This document shows positions 35,214 through 46,968 of a stretch of 64,000 nt of DNA, one piece after another. The DNA comes from Gemmatimonadales bacterium (lineage in GTDB: Bacteria > Gemmatimonadota > Gemmatimonadetes > Gemmatimonadales > GWC2-71-9), in the NCBI GenBank assembly GCA_046160105.1, contig JBJXGT010000004.1, forward strand, positions 2,816-66,815. Direction: 5' to 3'. Below the pieces are notes generated by a model. It did not search any database and was not told the DNA's origin. It saw only the letters and a list, made by a program, of their open reading frames with translations. The translations under genes and the position numbers were made by a program. The first letter of the stretch is position 1, and every line of letters begins with the position of its first letter.

Positions 35214-35637
35214 ACTCGACTTCGAGGCCCTCGAACGTCAATTCCAGCGTCTCGATCGACACTTCGCTGGCCTTGGCCGACAGATTGGGCCCGGTCCACT
35301 TGCAGGGCCAGGCCTCGGAAAGGTAGAACCTCACCACGGGCACCCGGGCCTCGTCGAGGACGATCACCGAGACGGCCCGCCGATCGAGCTGACCATCGAC
35401 GATCCGCTTGCGCCAGTTCCACAGGTCGCGGTTCTTGGTCAGCCCCCGTTTCAAGACGAGGTTCGCGTACTTGGTGAGCCCGGGGAGCTTTCGGAATCGG
35501 GTCGGCTCGGTGCCCTCACGGTACTCGATGACGTCCGTCTCGGAGGACAGGCCCGAGCACTCGGCGAAGCCCGCCTGCACCACGCCGTCGATCTCGACCA
35601 GGAAGTTGAACGCCCCGTAGGGATCATTCCGTGCCAT
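35212..35637 (-). CDS. phage-tail/contractile-injection-system tube protein (T4 gp19 / Afp1 / TIGR02241-like)
   Basis: DPYGAFNFLVEIDGVVQAGFAECSGLSSETDVIEYREG...LPGLTKYANLVLKRG...EAWPCKWTGPNLSAKASEVSIETLELTFEGL matches the conserved 'phage tail region protein' tube family along its whole length. Confidence 0.88.
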   Translation of the reverse strand: MARNDPYGAFNFLVEIDGVVQAGFAECSGLSSETDVIEYREGTEPTRFRKLPGLTKYANLVLKRGLTKNRDLWNWRKRIVDGQLDRRAVSVIVLDEARVPVVRFYLSEAWPCKWTGPNLSAKASEVSIETLELTFEGLEVE

Positions 35638-36070
35638 GCTCGTCTCCTTGTGATCCGGATCGGTTGATCGTAGCGGTGCCCAGCTCCAGGTAGATCCGGA
35701 GGTCGTGGACGAACCGGTCCTCGAAGCGATTCCCTTCTCGATCCCGGTACCCCACGGTCGCGGTCAGCCGCAGCGGCTGCTTGCGTTTGGCGTAACTGCC
35801 GATGGCGTCGACGAACTGGGCGAAGGCCTTGCCCGGAGGCATGAACTCCACCTTCCGAAACAGCCGCATCTCGGTGATCCGTTTGGTCCCCGCGAGGCCG
35901 AGAAGCGGCTGGTCGAACGCGGTCGACACGGCATAGGCCGAGCGGGCACCGATGTTCTTCAAATGGACGTGGAGGAGGCCGTCGTCGACGGTGAAATCGA
36001 CGATGATTTCCGGGCGACCCGCCGGTGGTGAAGTCTCGGTTGTCTTAGCTGCCATCCGGCGTCCTGGCAT
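35624..36070 (-). CDS. hypothetical protein, partner of the tube gene (14-nt overlap)
   Basis: 148-152 aa (the start is GTG 36082, ATG 36070 or ATG 36055; GGGGAG precedes 36070). GC3 is high. No family was recognised, and the sequence looks beta-rich (IIVDFTVDDGLLHVHLKNIG...LRLTATVGYRDREGNRFEDRFVHDLRIYLE). Confidence 0.6.
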   Translation of the reverse strand: MPGRRMAAKTTETSPPAGRPEIIVDFTVDDGLLHVHLKNIGARSAYAVSTAFDQPLLGLAGTKRITEMRLFRKVEFMPPGKAFAQFVDAIGSYAKRKQPLRLTATVGYRDREGNRFEDRFVHDLRIYLELGTATINRSGSQGDEHGTE

Positions 36071-36160
36071 GTCGCTCCCCACCCTCTACGGTAACCGCGG
36101 CGACCCGGAACGGGCAACCTCGGATGCCTGGCCGCCGTGCCGGAGGGCGCCAGGTGTCCG

Positions 36161-39100
36161 TTAGGCGCGCGGCCGCCCGAAGCGGAGGTACAGGGCCGGC
36201 ATCAGGAACAGGTTGAGGAGGGTGGAGGTGATCAATCCGCCCAGGATGACCACCGCCATCGGGTGCTCGATCTCGTGGCCGGGACGGCTCCCCGCCGCGA
36301 TCAGCGGCACCAGCGCCAGGCCGGTGGCCAGCGCGGTCATCAGGATCGGACTGAGCCGTTCCTCGGCGCCCCGCACCACCAACTCCCGTCCGAACGGCAT
36401 GCCTTCGGCCTGCTCCAGGTGTCGGTAGTGGCTCACCAGCATGATCCCGTTTCGCGCCGCGATCCCGAGGACGGTGACGAACCCGACCAGCGATCCGAGT
36501 GAGAGGCTCCCCCCAGACACGAGTACGGCGGCGACCCCACCGATCAAGGCGAAGGGCAACGAGGCAAAGACCAGAGTGGCCATTCGGGTGCTCCCGAAGT
36601 CGACCTGGAGGATCAGGAAGATCCCGATCAGCGAGAAGAGAGCGAGTCCCATCAACGAGCGACTCGCCTCCTGGCGGGCCTGGTACTCGCCGAGGAACTC
36701 GGGATGGGTCCCGGCGGGGAACGACATCGCCCGGACGGCGCGCTCCACGTCCTGGGCCACGCTGCCGAGATCGCGACCGCGGACGTTGGCCGTGATATCG
36801 AGCTTCCGGGAGGCGCCCTCCCGAGTGATCTCATTCGGTGTCGGCTCGATGGCGACGTCGGCCAGCCGCGACAACGGGACCAGGCCGCCGGTCGGCGAGG
36901 CGAGCCGAAGGTCGCGAATGGTCACCAGATCACGGCGCACTCCAGGCACGCCCCACACGACGACGTCGAAGGCCTGCTGCTGATCGTAGATCTCACCCAC
37001 TTTGGTCCCCCGCACCAGCGTGGCAATCTGGCGGCGTACCTCGCCGGCGGTGAATCCATACCGGTCCGCCAGCTCCGGGCGAAACCGCACCGCGATGTGA
37101 GGCACCAGAACCTGTTGTTGCACCTTGAGGTCGGCGATCCCCGGAATCGACCCGAGGCCCTTCGCCACCCCGGCGGCCGCCGACCGCAATGAATCGAGGT
37201 CGGGCCCGAAGAGCCGGACGACGAGGGTGGCGCTGGTGCCCGAGAGGACTTCCTTGATCCGTTCCCGGAGATAGGTGAGGAGATCCCGGACCAGTCCCGG
37301 GTAGCCGTCGACCGCCGCCTGGATGGTTGCCACGGTCGCGTCGTAGTCGACCTTCGGGTCGATGCTGACCCACAACTCGGTGAAGTTGGCGCCAACCACC
37401 TCGTCCGCCACTTCGGCCCGACCGAGATGGGCGCCGAAGTTGCGGACCCCGGGTATCGCCCGAAGCTCCTGGCTCGCCCGGATCGTGATCCGGCGCATCG
37501 CGTCGAGCGAGGTCCCTGGTTTCTCGACCCAATGCATCAGGAAGTCGTACTCCTTGAACCGAGGCAGGAACTCCTGGCCGAGAAACGGCCCCACCGCCAC
37601 GGCGACCACCAGCACCGCGGCAAGGCCGGGAATCAGCCGGGGGGATCGATCGAGCATCGCGGGCAGCAGCGCACGGTAGCGGTTACGGAGCCAGTGGAGG
37701 AACCGGGTCTCCTTCGGCGCGGCCTCGACGCCTCGGAGGAGGAGCAAGCAGAGGACGGGGGTGACCAGGAGCGCCACCAGCAGCGAGCTCGCGATCGCCA
37801 GCGTGTAGGACAGGGCGAGCGGCCGGAAGAAGGTGCCCGCCAGTCCGCCCAGGAAGTACACGGGAAGGAAGATCAGGATCACGATCAGACTGGCGTAGAC
37901 CACCGCGCTCCTGACCTCGAGCGAGGCATCGAGCACCACGGCGAAGGCGGACCGGGGCGATGGCACCAGCCGGTTGAGCCGAAGCCGTCGGGCGATGTTC
38001 TCCACGTCGATGATGGCGTCATCGACGATCTCGCCGAGGGCGATCACCAGGCCGGCCAGCACCATGGTGTCGAGGGTGCCGCCCCGATAGCCGAGGATCA
38101 GCATCGCTAGGGAGAGGGAGAGCGGAATGGCGAGGACGCTGATCAGCGCGGTCCGCCAGTTCGCCAGGAAGAACCCGAGCACCACGACGACCAGGACGCA
38201 GCCGATCAGGAGAGCGCGATTGAGATTGCGGAGCGACATCTCGATGAACGTCGCCGGTCGGAAGATGGTCGGATCGACTTGGACGTCGCCTAACGATGGC
38301 CCGAGGCTCGCCAGGGCGGCCTCGACGCCTTGGGTGACGGTCAGGGTATTGCCCCAGGGCTGTTTCTCGACGATCAGGAGGAGCCCGGGTCCGTCGTTGA
38401 TGATCGCGTCGCCGATCGGAGGTGGGCTTCCCTCGGTCACCTCGGCGACGGCGCCGAGATGGAGCGGCGCCCCGTCCCGAAACGCGACCGTGGCGCGGGC
38501 GAGGTCTCCGGCCGCGAGCACGTGCCCGCGATGGGCCAGCGACAGCCGCTGATTGGGCCCGTCGATGAAACCGCCGGCGCCCACCGCGACGGCCTCGCCG
38601 GTGGCCCGCTCGACGTCGGGGATCGAGAGGCCGTGGGACGCCAGGCGGTCAGGATCGACCAGAACCTGCAACTGGCGGTCGCGCTGGCCCCAGATCGCGA
38701 CGTTGGCGACCCCCGGCACGGCCATCAGCCGCGGCCGGATGGTCCACTTGGCGAGCGTGGTCAGCTCGATCTGGCTCAAGCTCTTCGAGGTAATCCCGAT
38801 CTTGAGCACCCGACTGAGCGACGACAGCGGCGACAGCATCACCGGCGGCCGAGCCACCGCGGGCAGGGTTGCCGCCACCCGACCGACCCGCTCCTGCGTC
38901 AGTTGGCGGGCGGTCATCAGGTCGGTACCGCGGGCGAAGAGCAGCACCACGCTGGAGAGGCCCAGGACCGATTTCGAGCGTACCGTGGTGACGAACGACG
39001 TGCCGTTCAAGGCCTGTTCGAGCGGCACCGTCACCAGCTGCTCGACCTCGAGGGCGGAGAGGCCCGGAGCCTCGGTCTGGATCTCGACCAACGGAGGCGC

Positions 39101-39223
39101 GAACTCGGGAAAGACGTCCAACGGGACGACCTGGGCCGCGCGAATGCCGAGGATCACGACCAGCACCGCAAGCGCCACGACCAGGACGCGAAGTCGGAGG
39201 GCCCCTTCGACCAGCCATCGCAT
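36161..39223 (-). CDS. efflux RND transporter permease, heavy-metal (CusA/CzcA) family
   Basis: 1020 aa. The N-terminus ([40 protein letters not shown]) and TM4 ([14 protein letters not shown]) are typical of HME-RND pumps. Confidence 0.92.
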   Translation of the reverse strand: MRWLVEGALRLRVLVVALAVLVVILGIRAAQVVPLDVFPEFAPPLVEIQTEAPGLSALEVEQLVTVPLEQALNGTSFVTTVRSKSVLGLSSVVLLFARGTDLMTARQLTQERVGRVAATLPAVARPPVMLSPLSSLSRVLKIGITSKSLSQIELTTLAKWTIRPRLMAVPGVANVAIWGQRDRQLQVLVDPDRLASHGLSIPDVERATGEAVAVGAGGFIDGPNQRLSLAHRGHVLAAGDLARATVAFRDGAPLHLGAVAEVTEGSPPPIGDAIINDGPGLLLIVEKQPWGNTLTVTQGVEAALASLGPSLGDVQVDPTIFRPATFIEMSLRNLNRALLIGCVLVVVVLGFFLANWRTALISVLAIPLSLSLAMLILGYRGGTLDTMVLAGLVIALGEIVDDAIIDVENIARRLRLNRLVPSPRSAFAVVLDASLEVRSAVVYASLIVILIFLPVYFLGGLAGTFFRPLALSYTLAIASSLLVALLVTPVLCLLLLRGVEAAPKETRFLHWLRNRYRALLPAMLDRSPRLIPGLAAVLVVAVAVGPFLGQEFLPRFKEYDFLMHWVEKPGTSLDAMRRITIRASQELRAIPGVRNFGAHLGRAEVADEVVGANFTELWVSIDPKVDYDATVATIQAAVDGYPGLVRDLLTYLRERIKEVLSGTSATLVVRLFGPDLDSLRSAAAGVAKGLGSIPGIADLKVQQQVLVPHIAVRFRPELADRYGFTAGEVRRQIATLVRGTKVGEIYDQQQAFDVVVWGVPGVRRDLVTIRDLRLASPTGGLVPLSRLADVAIEPTPNEITREGASRKLDITANVRGRDLGSVAQDVERAVRAMSFPAGTHPEFLGEYQARQEASRSLMGLALFSLIGIFLILQVDFGSTRMATLVFASLPFALIGGVAAVLVSGGSLSLGSLVGFVTVLGIAARNGIMLVSHYRHLEQAEGMPFGRELVVRGAEERLSPILMTALATGLALVPLIAAGSRPGHEIEHPMAVVILGGLITSTLLNLFLMPALYLRFGRPRA

Positions 39224-39232
39224 CGCCGATCC

Positions 39233-40411
39233 CTACTTCCCGGTTCCGAACTCGGTGCCGAACAGCTCGGCGGCCCCGACCGTCACCACGACGGTGCCCG
39301 GCCGGGGGCCACGATCGAGCACCGCCCAGTCGCCTACCAACGACCTGACGAGGACCCCCTGCCGGGCAAAGGTGGTCGGGCTGGCGCGCTGGTACACCCA
39401 GGCGCCGCCCTGGGCATCACGCACCACGGCCGACCAAGGGACGACCACTTGCTTCGCGCCGTTGCCCCGGAGCGGGACCGCGACGTCCACTCGCTCGCCG
39501 GGTCGGAGGCTCGCTTCCGCTTGCCCCAGCTCGTAGTAGAGGTCGACCGAGGCGTTCGCGGTGTTGGCGGACGGAGGCCCGGCTACCGGCCGAGCCGTCC
39601 AAGGACGATCGGCGGCGCCCATTCCGAGAGGGCGAATGGCGGCTGGCGCGGTTCGATCGACTTGGCCGAGATCGCCGGCGAAGAGCGGGACCTTGATCCA
39701 CAGGCGCCCGGCCCGGAGCAGGCTGACGAGCGGAGCCCCCGCCGCCACGGTGGCACCAGGTGCCACGTCCAGCGCGGTGACGCGCCCCGCGACCGGCGCC
39801 CGCACCGCCACGGTTCCCAGCGCGCTCTCGGCGCGGCTGCCCTCGAACCCCGCGACCCGGCCTGCGGCGGCTCGGGCGACGGCTTCGGCCGCTTGGAGAT
39901 CCGCGTCGGCCCGCTCGAGGTCCCGAGTCGAGGCCAGCCCGTCGCGATGGAGCGCGCGGATCCGCTCCGCCTCGGCCCGGGCACTGCTCGCTCTGGCCTG
40001 GGCAACCGCGGTATCCTCGGTTCCCCGCACCGCATCGGCCTGCGGCCCCAGTGGGGCAAGCCGAATCAACACGGCGCCCGCCGCGACGAACGACCCGACC
40101 GCCGGAAGCGGAGGGCTGTCGCCCACGATCCCCGTCAGCGGGGCGGTGATTTGCACGGCCCATCCCGGCGGAGCGATTACCTCGCCGCCAACGGTCCGCA
40201 CCGCTCCGACAACGCGCGATTGGACTGAATCGAAGGCGAGGCCAAGTCGCTCGATGGCGGCTTCGGTCAAGCGCACCGCCGGGAGAGCGCCTTCCGCGAC
40301 GGGATTCTCGACTTTGGCGGGCGCCTCGGGCTTCGCGGCCGGCCCCTGGCACGCCGGCAACGATCCGATGAGCGAGGCCACGACTCCGAACCGCCAATGC
40401 GGCAACTTCAT
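39233..40411 (-). CDS. efflux RND periplasmic adaptor (MFP) subunit, lipoprotein
   Basis: Lipobox SLPAC, followed by hairpin, lipoyl and beta-barrel adaptor architecture. Its start overlaps the stop of the upstream OMF gene (TGATG). Confidence 0.88.
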   Translation of the reverse strand: MKLPHWRFGVVASLIGSLPACQGPAAKPEAPAKVENPVAEGALPAVRLTEAAIERLGLAFDSVQSRVVGAVRTVGGEVIAPPGWAVQITAPLTGIVGDSPPLPAVGSFVAAGAVLIRLAPLGPQADAVRGTEDTAVAQARASSARAEAERIRALHRDGLASTRDLERADADLQAAEAVARAAAGRVAGFEGSRAESALGTVAVRAPVAGRVTALDVAPGATVAAGAPLVSLLRAGRLWIKVPLFAGDLGQVDRTAPAAIRPLGMGAADRPWTARPVAGPPSANTANASVDLYYELGQAEASLRPGERVDVAVPLRGNGAKQVVVPWSAVVRDAQGGAWVYQRASPTTFARQGVLVRSLVGDWAVLDRGPRPGTVVVTVGAAELFGTEFGTGK

Positions 40412-41607
40412 CAGTCGCTCCGTCCGAGAATGGCGTCCAGATCCGCACGGGCCTCCTGAAACGCGAGGACGTCATCGATCAGGGTGAGGGTGATGTCCCG
40501 CTCGGCTCGGAGGGCCTCAAACACGGCGAGTACGGTGGCCCGGCCGGACGCGTATTGGGCGATGGTTCCGACCCGGAGCCGCTCCGCGCTCGGCCGGAGA
40601 TTGTCGCGCCCAAGACGGGCCCGCCGGGCCCGATGGTCGACCCGGGCCACTTGTTCCTGAACCAATCGGCGGAACTCGAGCTCGGTTTCGGCGGCGACCG
40701 CGGCCGCCCGCCCAGCCGCGCCGCGCGCGGCGGCCACCGCCCCCCCCCGGCCGATGTTCCACAGCGGGAACGGAAACGCCACCCCGACCGTCAGGAAGGA
40801 ACGATGGTCGAGCGCCGCGGGATCGTCCCATTCGACTCCGACTTGGAACGACGGTGCCGGCACCCGGGATCGCGCCGCGCTCATCAAGGTTCGCGCCGCC
40901 GCGGCCGAGTCGGCGACCGCGGCGCGCACGCCGGGCAGGTCACGAATCGATCCGGAGGCGACCACGGGTGGGCCATCGAGCTCGGCGGCGAGATCACCGA
41001 CCGGTGTCACCGCGGCCGTATCGGCCACACCGAGCGTTCGCGCCAGCGCGGTCATGGCGATGGCCCGATCCTCGTCGGCCCGGTTGACCGCCAGCGCGGC
41101 CCGGGCCGCTTCCTGAATGGTCTGCTCCAGCTCGAGCGGCGCGATGTCTCCCACGGCGACCCGCCGCCTGCCTAACACTACCAGCGAATCGGCGAGCCGT
41201 CGTTGCTCTTGGAGAGCAGCGACCCGGTGCCCGGCGGCGAGGGCACCGAAAAACGCCCGCTGGACCTCACGACGAAGGTCGGCGGCGACCTGGGCACTGT
41301 CGGCCACGGCTCGGTCGACCCGCGCCGCCGCCGCGCCGCGTTCCGCCGAGCGGCGGGCCAGCCAGCCGAGCGGCTGGTCCAGGGTGACGTGCCGCCGGGG
41401 CGGCGACCCAGTGTAGGAGAGCGCGACGATCGGGTTCGGCACGGTGCCCGCGACCCGGGTTCGACCCCGGGCCTCGCTGACGCCGGCCGCCGCCGCCACC
41501 AGGACCCGCCGGTTGGCCCGTGCCGCGGCGAGGGCCCCGTCGAGCGAGAGAGTGTCGGCCGGACCGATCAACAGCGCGGCAGCGACCAGGCCGCCGAGGA
41601 CCGCCAT
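40411..41607 (-). CDS. TolC-family outer membrane efflux protein
   Basis: Duplicated OEP repeats (LSLDGALAAARANRRVLVAAA...). GGAG lies 6 nt upstream of the ATG at 41607. The longer ORF in the track (to 41757) is Arg/Pro-rich and unlikely to be translated. Confidence 0.85.
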   Translation of the reverse strand: MAVLGGLVAAALLIGPADTLSLDGALAAARANRRVLVAAAAGVSEARGRTRVAGTVPNPIVALSYTGSPPRRHVTLDQPLGWLARRSAERGAAAARVDRAVADSAQVAADLRREVQRAFFGALAAGHRVAALQEQRRLADSLVVLGRRRVAVGDIAPLELEQTIQEAARAALAVNRADEDRAIAMTALARTLGVADTAAVTPVGDLAAELDGPPVVASGSIRDLPGVRAAVADSAAAARTLMSAARSRVPAPSFQVGVEWDDPAALDHRSFLTVGVAFPFPLWNIGRGGAVAAARGAAGRAAAVAAETELEFRRLVQEQVARVDHRARRARLGRDNLRPSAERLRVGTIAQYASGRATVLAVFEALRAERDITLTLIDDVLAFQEARADLDAILGRSD

Positions 41608-41863
41608 TGGTACTCCGTTCGCGTGAGCCCCCAACTTAACCTCGGGCGCGACGATGGCCACAACAGGCGCTCGCGAACGCCGTGGCCGATCTGGGCGCGG
41701 GACGGGCCACGTCGCCGCTGGTAGTCGCCGAGCGTTTCGACTTCGTTTGCTCGCCAATGGCGATTGGGTCGACCTGAAGAGACGTGGAGCTGCAGAACGG
41801 GCGACACCGAATGCCCAAGCGGCGATGAAGGGACGATGAGGGACGGGTAAATCGGTGGGGGAA

Positions 41864-41937
41864 TAGCAGGGGCGGGACTCGAACCCGCGACCCCGGCATT
41901 ATGAGTGCCGTGCTCTAACCAGCTGAGCTACCCTGCC
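41864..41937 (-). tRNA. tRNA-Met (anticodon CAT); could alternatively be tRNA-Ile2 (lysidine)
   Basis: The cloverleaf was folded by hand: acceptor GGCAGGG/CCCTGCT, D-arm GCTC-AGCTGGTTA-GAGC, anticodon arm CGGCA-CTCATAA-TGCCG, and T-arm GCGGG-TTCGAGT-CCCGC. CCA is not encoded. It lacks the initiator-type GGG/CCC anticodon stem. Confidence 0.9.
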
Positions 41938-41974
41938 TCGGGGCGCCAATCCTAGCCGACCCGCCCTCCCCCGG

Positions 41975-43581
<1,607 letters not shown>

Positions 43582-43642
43582 TCAAGAATAGGGGTGGGCG
43601 TCAGGGGAGACAACCAGGCCGGAACCGGCGGCGGGATCACTG

Positions 43643-44347
43643 CTACTCGTGCGCCCCGAGGGCAAGCATCGCGGCGCGGACCTGGCCGGCGAGCTGATCG
43701 CGACCGTCGTACCCAAGCCCGGTGGTCGGGATCGGCCGGCCGATCCGGAGATACACGGTGCCGGGCCGGGGGCGGATACTTCCCTTGGGAAGGGCTTCGT
43801 AGCTCTGGTCACAGAAGACCGGCACGACCGGCACCTGGGCCGCGATGGCGAGGACGAACGGCCCTTTCTTGAACGGGAGCAGCGTGCCCGTGGGGCTCCG
43901 GGTGCCCTCGCAGAAGACCACGGCAGAGGTGCCCGCCTGGATCGCGGCGGCGGCGCGGTCGTAAGACGCGAACGCCGAGCCGCGGTTGCCGCGATCGATC
44001 TCGACGTGACCCATCGCGTTGATCGCGGGGCCCAGGAAGGGGACCTTCGAGAGTTCCTTCTTGAAAACGAACCGGATCGTGCCGGGCAGGCCGACCAGGA
44101 TCATCCAGATGTCGACCCAGGATTCGTGATTCGAGGTGAAGACGTACGGCTGCCCGGGAGTCAGGCGGTCGAGCCCCTCGACGACGACGTTGATCCGAGT
44201 GGCTCGGAGCAGGGCCAAGCCGTAGGCTCGTTGAATCCGGTCGAACGGCTCGCCGCGAAGACCGACCACGGCGTCGACGACCACCCGAGTCCCATACCAG
44301 ACCGTGTAACCGCAAATGGCGAAGAGGTAGCGGAGGGCGGCAATCAT
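43643..44347 (-). CDS. plsC: 1-acyl-sn-glycerol-3-phosphate acyltransferase
   Basis: NHESWVDI (NHxxxxD) and FCEGTRS motifs. Its ATG overlaps the thiL stop (ATGA). Confidence 0.88.
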   Translation of the reverse strand: MIAALRYLFAICGYTVWYGTRVVVDAVVGLRGEPFDRIQRAYGLALLRATRINVVVEGLDRLTPGQPYVFTSNHESWVDIWMILVGLPGTIRFVFKKELSKVPFLGPAINAMGHVEIDRGNRGSAFASYDRAAAAIQAGTSAVVFCEGTRSPTGTLLPFKKGPFVLAIAAQVPVVPVFCDQSYEALPKGSIRPRPGTVYLRIGRPIPTTGLGYDGRDQLAGQVRAAMLALGAHE

Positions 44348-45288
44348 GCGAAGTGATCGTAGCCGGTGACCCTGACTGGGGCATCGCCCCGTACGAAGAC
44401 GACGTCGGCGCCGGAAGCCACCGCACCGATCCGGGTGAGTGGAGTGCCCGTGTCGGTGGCGAACGCTTGGGCTTCGGCGGCGCCGAAGGCGGGCGGAAGC
44501 GCGACGAGCAGCTCGTAGTCTTCCCCGCCCCGGGCGGCGGTCAACACCCGGTCCCCGCCGACGACACCGGGGCCGACTGGGAGGCGATCGAGGTCGATCC
44601 GGATCCCGACCCCGCTCGCGCGGGCCAGGTGCCAGGCGTCGCCGCCGAGCCCATCGCTGAGATCGAGCATCGCGGTGGCCCCCCGGATCGCGAGTTCCCG
44701 GCCTGCCTCGACCCGGGCCCTCGGATGCGCGAAACGGACCCGAGCGACGGCCGGCGGCTCTCGGCCCGCCTCCCAGGCCTCGAGCGCGGCCCGGGCGCCG
44801 CCTAACGTGCCGGTCACCCAGAGCCCGTCCCCGGGGCGGGCGCCTCGCCGCTTGACCGGGTGCTCGGTGCGCCCCAACACGGTGATCGCGACCGACAGCA
44901 GCGGGCTCGCGGTGAGGTCGCCACCGAGCACCAGGGCGCCGACCTCGCGGGCTGCCTCGGCCACCCCGGTCATGAGTTGGGTGAGGTGATCGGCCGGTTC
45001 GTCGTGAGGCGCGCTCAGGGCCACCAAGAGCCCGACCGGCTCGGCCCCGACCGCCGCGAGGTCGGAGAGGGCGGCCATCGCGGCTCGCCAACCGATCTCG
45101 GAGGGACTGAGCCAGGCACGCCGGAAGTGAATGCCTTCGGTGGAGACGTCGATGCTGGCGCACCAGCCGTCGGCGAGGAAGGCGCAGTCGTCGCCCAGGC
45201 CGGCGGCGCGGTCGCCAAGCGCGGAGGCGATGGCGCGGATCCGGTCGAACTCTTCGCCGGGACCGAGGGGGGTGGGGAGGGCGGCCAT
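44344..45288 (-). CDS. thiL: thiamine-monophosphate kinase
   Basis: EFDRIRAI...GDDCAFL...DVSTEGIHFR...AMAALSDLAAVGAEP AIR-synthase-like motifs. Confidence 0.88.
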   Translation of the reverse strand: MAALPTPLGPGEEFDRIRAIASALGDRAAGLGDDCAFLADGWCASIDVSTEGIHFRRAWLSPSEIGWRAAMAALSDLAAVGAEPVGLLVALSAPHDEPADHLTQLMTGVAEAAREVGALVLGGDLTASPLLSVAITVLGRTEHPVKRRGARPGDGLWVTGTLGGARAALEAWEAGREPPAVARVRFAHPRARVEAGRELAIRGATAMLDLSDGLGGDAWHLARASGVGIRIDLDRLPVGPGVVGGDRVLTAARGGEDYELLVALPPAFGAAEAQAFATDTGTPLTRIGAVASGADVVFVRGDAPVRVTGYDHFA

Positions 45289-45399
45289 GGGGTCGGACAC
45301 CAATGTACAACCGGCGGCGTGGGGCTGACCGGGGCGGGTTGCTTGACAGCGCCGGCGATCCTCCCCACCCTTCACTCATCCCGCCGCCGGAGGGGTTCG

Positions 45400-46218
45400 G
45401 TGCGCTGCCTTCCCGTCGTTCTCGCTGGCCTCCTGCTCGCCGTGCCCCTTCATGGCCAAGATTCCACGGGACAGGTCCGTGGCGTCGTTACCGGCACTCT
45501 CGGCGATCCGGTCGAGGGGGCGGAGATTCGCCTGGTCGGGACCGGGCATTCCGCCACCACGGACGCCAACGGCTGGTTCGCCATCCGGGGCCTCGCGAAG
45601 GGCGACTACATCGCGGAGGTCCGGCGGATCGGGTTCAAGGCGCAGCGGCTCGGGGCGTCGGTGGAGGGCGACGAGATCAAAGAGGTGAAGATCATCCTGG
45701 AGCGCGGGGCCTATGAGCTACCGGAGGTAGCGGTCACGGTGCGGCAACTCAAGCCGATCGAGTATGGCTGGACCTCGCGATACGACGATTTCTTCCGGCG
45801 GAAGCACGTGGGGCTCGGGGCGTTCATCATGCGGGAACAGATCGATCGGCGAGGCGCTGGGCGGACGCCGAGTCTGCTGACCGGGATTCGTGGCGTCCGG
45901 CTGAAGTTCCGCCACCCGGGGGTGTCGGGGACCGATGTCGAGATCATCGGGTGCAGCCGGGTGAGTGTCTGGATCGACGGTCAGAAACAGCGCTACGCTG
46001 ACGTGCCACTGCCCGCCCGGGTTAGCGGGCCAAAGGTGAACTTTGGGGGACTCCGCCACGCGATGAAGGAAGACAACTCCGGCGCGATCACCGCCAGTCA
46101 CCTCGAACGGGTGCTGCCGAGCCAGATCGAGATGATCGAGGTGTACCGGGGACCGGCGGAGATGCCGGCGGAGTACATCGACGACAGCTGTGCGGCCATC
46201 GCGGTGTGGACCCGGTGA
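45400..46218 (+). CDS. CarboxypepD_reg-like + TonB-dependent-receptor plug domain protein without beta-barrel (paralog A)
   Basis: GTG start with GGAGGGG 5 nt upstream, and a signal peptide. The N-domain is VRGVVTGTLGDPVEGAEIRLVGT...TDANGWFAIRGLAKGDYIAEVRRIGF. The plug-like region is PSLLTGIRGVRL...IEMIEVYRGPAEMPAEY...AAIAVWTR. It is only 272 aa. Confidence 0.78.
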   Translation: MRCLPVVLAGLLLAVPLHGQDSTGQVRGVVTGTLGDPVEGAEIRLVGTGHSATTDANGWFAIRGLAKGDYIAEVRRIGFKAQRLGASVEGDEIKEVKIILERGAYELPEVAVTVRQLKPIEYGWTSRYDDFFRRKHVGLGAFIMREQIDRRGAGRTPSLLTGIRGVRLKFRHPGVSGTDVEIIGCSRVSVWIDGQKQRYADVPLPARVSGPKVNFGGLRHAMKEDNSGAITASHLERVLPSQIEMIEVYRGPAEMPAEYIDDSCAAIAVWTR

Positions 46219-46249
46219 TGCCGCCGCGGTCCACGCCGGGCGCCCGCCC

Positions 46250-46870
46250 ATGAGCCGGCAAACCCATTGGGACACCGTCTACCGCACCAAAGCCGCGACG
46301 GAGGTGAGTTGGTATCAACCCGAGGCCACCGTGTCGCTCGGGTTGATCCGTCGGGTTGCGCCCGACCTCGACACGCCAATCCTGGACGTCGGCGGGGGCG
46401 CCTCGACGCTGGTGGACAGTCTCGTACAGGCCGGCTATCGACGGGTGACCGTGCTCGATCTCGCGGGCCCCGCCCTCGCCATCGCTCGGCAGCGGCTCGG
46501 TCCGCGCGCCTCCCAAGTCGAGTGGATCGAGGCCGATGTGCTCTCGGCCACCTTCGTTCCCGCTCGGTACCTGATCTGGCACGACCGGGCGGTGTTCCAC
46601 TTCCTGACCGACGCCGAGGACCGAGTTCGCTACCTGGCTCAGGTCCGCCGTGCCGTGGCGCCGGGCGGCCATGTGATCGTGGCCACCTTCGCCCCTGACG
46701 GACCGACGCGGTGTAGTGGCCTCGAGGTGGTCCGATACTCGGCCGACACGATGCACGCGGCGCTCGGCGACCGGTTCCGGTTGCTCGACAGTGTTCGCGA
46801 AGACCACATCACACCGGCCGGGGCGACCCAGGCCTTCATCTACTGTCTCTGTCGGGTCGCGCCGGAATAG
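46250..46870 (+). CDS. class I SAM-dependent methyltransferase
   Basis: ILDVGGGASTLVDSLVQAGYRRVTVLDLAGPAL motif I, and later GGHVIVATF. Confidence 0.82.
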   Translation: MSRQTHWDTVYRTKAATEVSWYQPEATVSLGLIRRVAPDLDTPILDVGGGASTLVDSLVQAGYRRVTVLDLAGPALAIARQRLGPRASQVEWIEADVLSATFVPARYLIWHDRAVFHFLTDAEDRVRYLAQVRRAVAPGGHVIVATFAPDGPTRCSGLEVVRYSADTMHAALGDRFRLLDSVREDHITPAGATQAFIYCLCRVAPE

Positions 46871-46968
46871 CAGTGGGCGAGGGGGGGCAGGTGACGATGC
46901 GGTCCTGTTGGGTGTCAATGCCGGACCCCGACCCCGCTGCTCAGGTCTCTCGCCGCCGGAGGCTTCCG

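Noticed and set aside
36083-36160. A dedicated promoter (TTGCCC-18-TACCGT) and a weak hairpin (CCTGGC...GCCAGG) between the RND permease stop and the tube-partner gene.
   Set aside because: The hexamers are poor, the implied leader is too short for the GGGGAG ribosome-binding site, and the hairpin has a 16-nt loop and no U-tract. It cannot be decided from sequence whether the pair is co-transcribed with the RND operon.
35212-41937. A genomic island integrated at the 3-prime end of tRNA-Met carrying the RND operon and the tube gene, or a degraded prophage or eCIS locus.
   Set aside because: There is no integrase. I could not find a direct repeat of the tRNA 3-prime end (AGCAGGGGCGGGACTCGAACC) elsewhere in the window by eye. 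The codon usage of these genes looks host-like, and only one tail-related gene is present.
43643-45379. A single 578-aa ORF spanning plsC and the antisense/other frame of thiL, and the 343-aa extended thiL ORF (to 45375).
   Set aside because: The N-terminal portions are Arg/Pro-rich with no homology signal. The plsC similarity starts at MIAALRY (44347) and the thiL similarity at MAALPTPLG (45288), with an ATGA overlap between the two genes.
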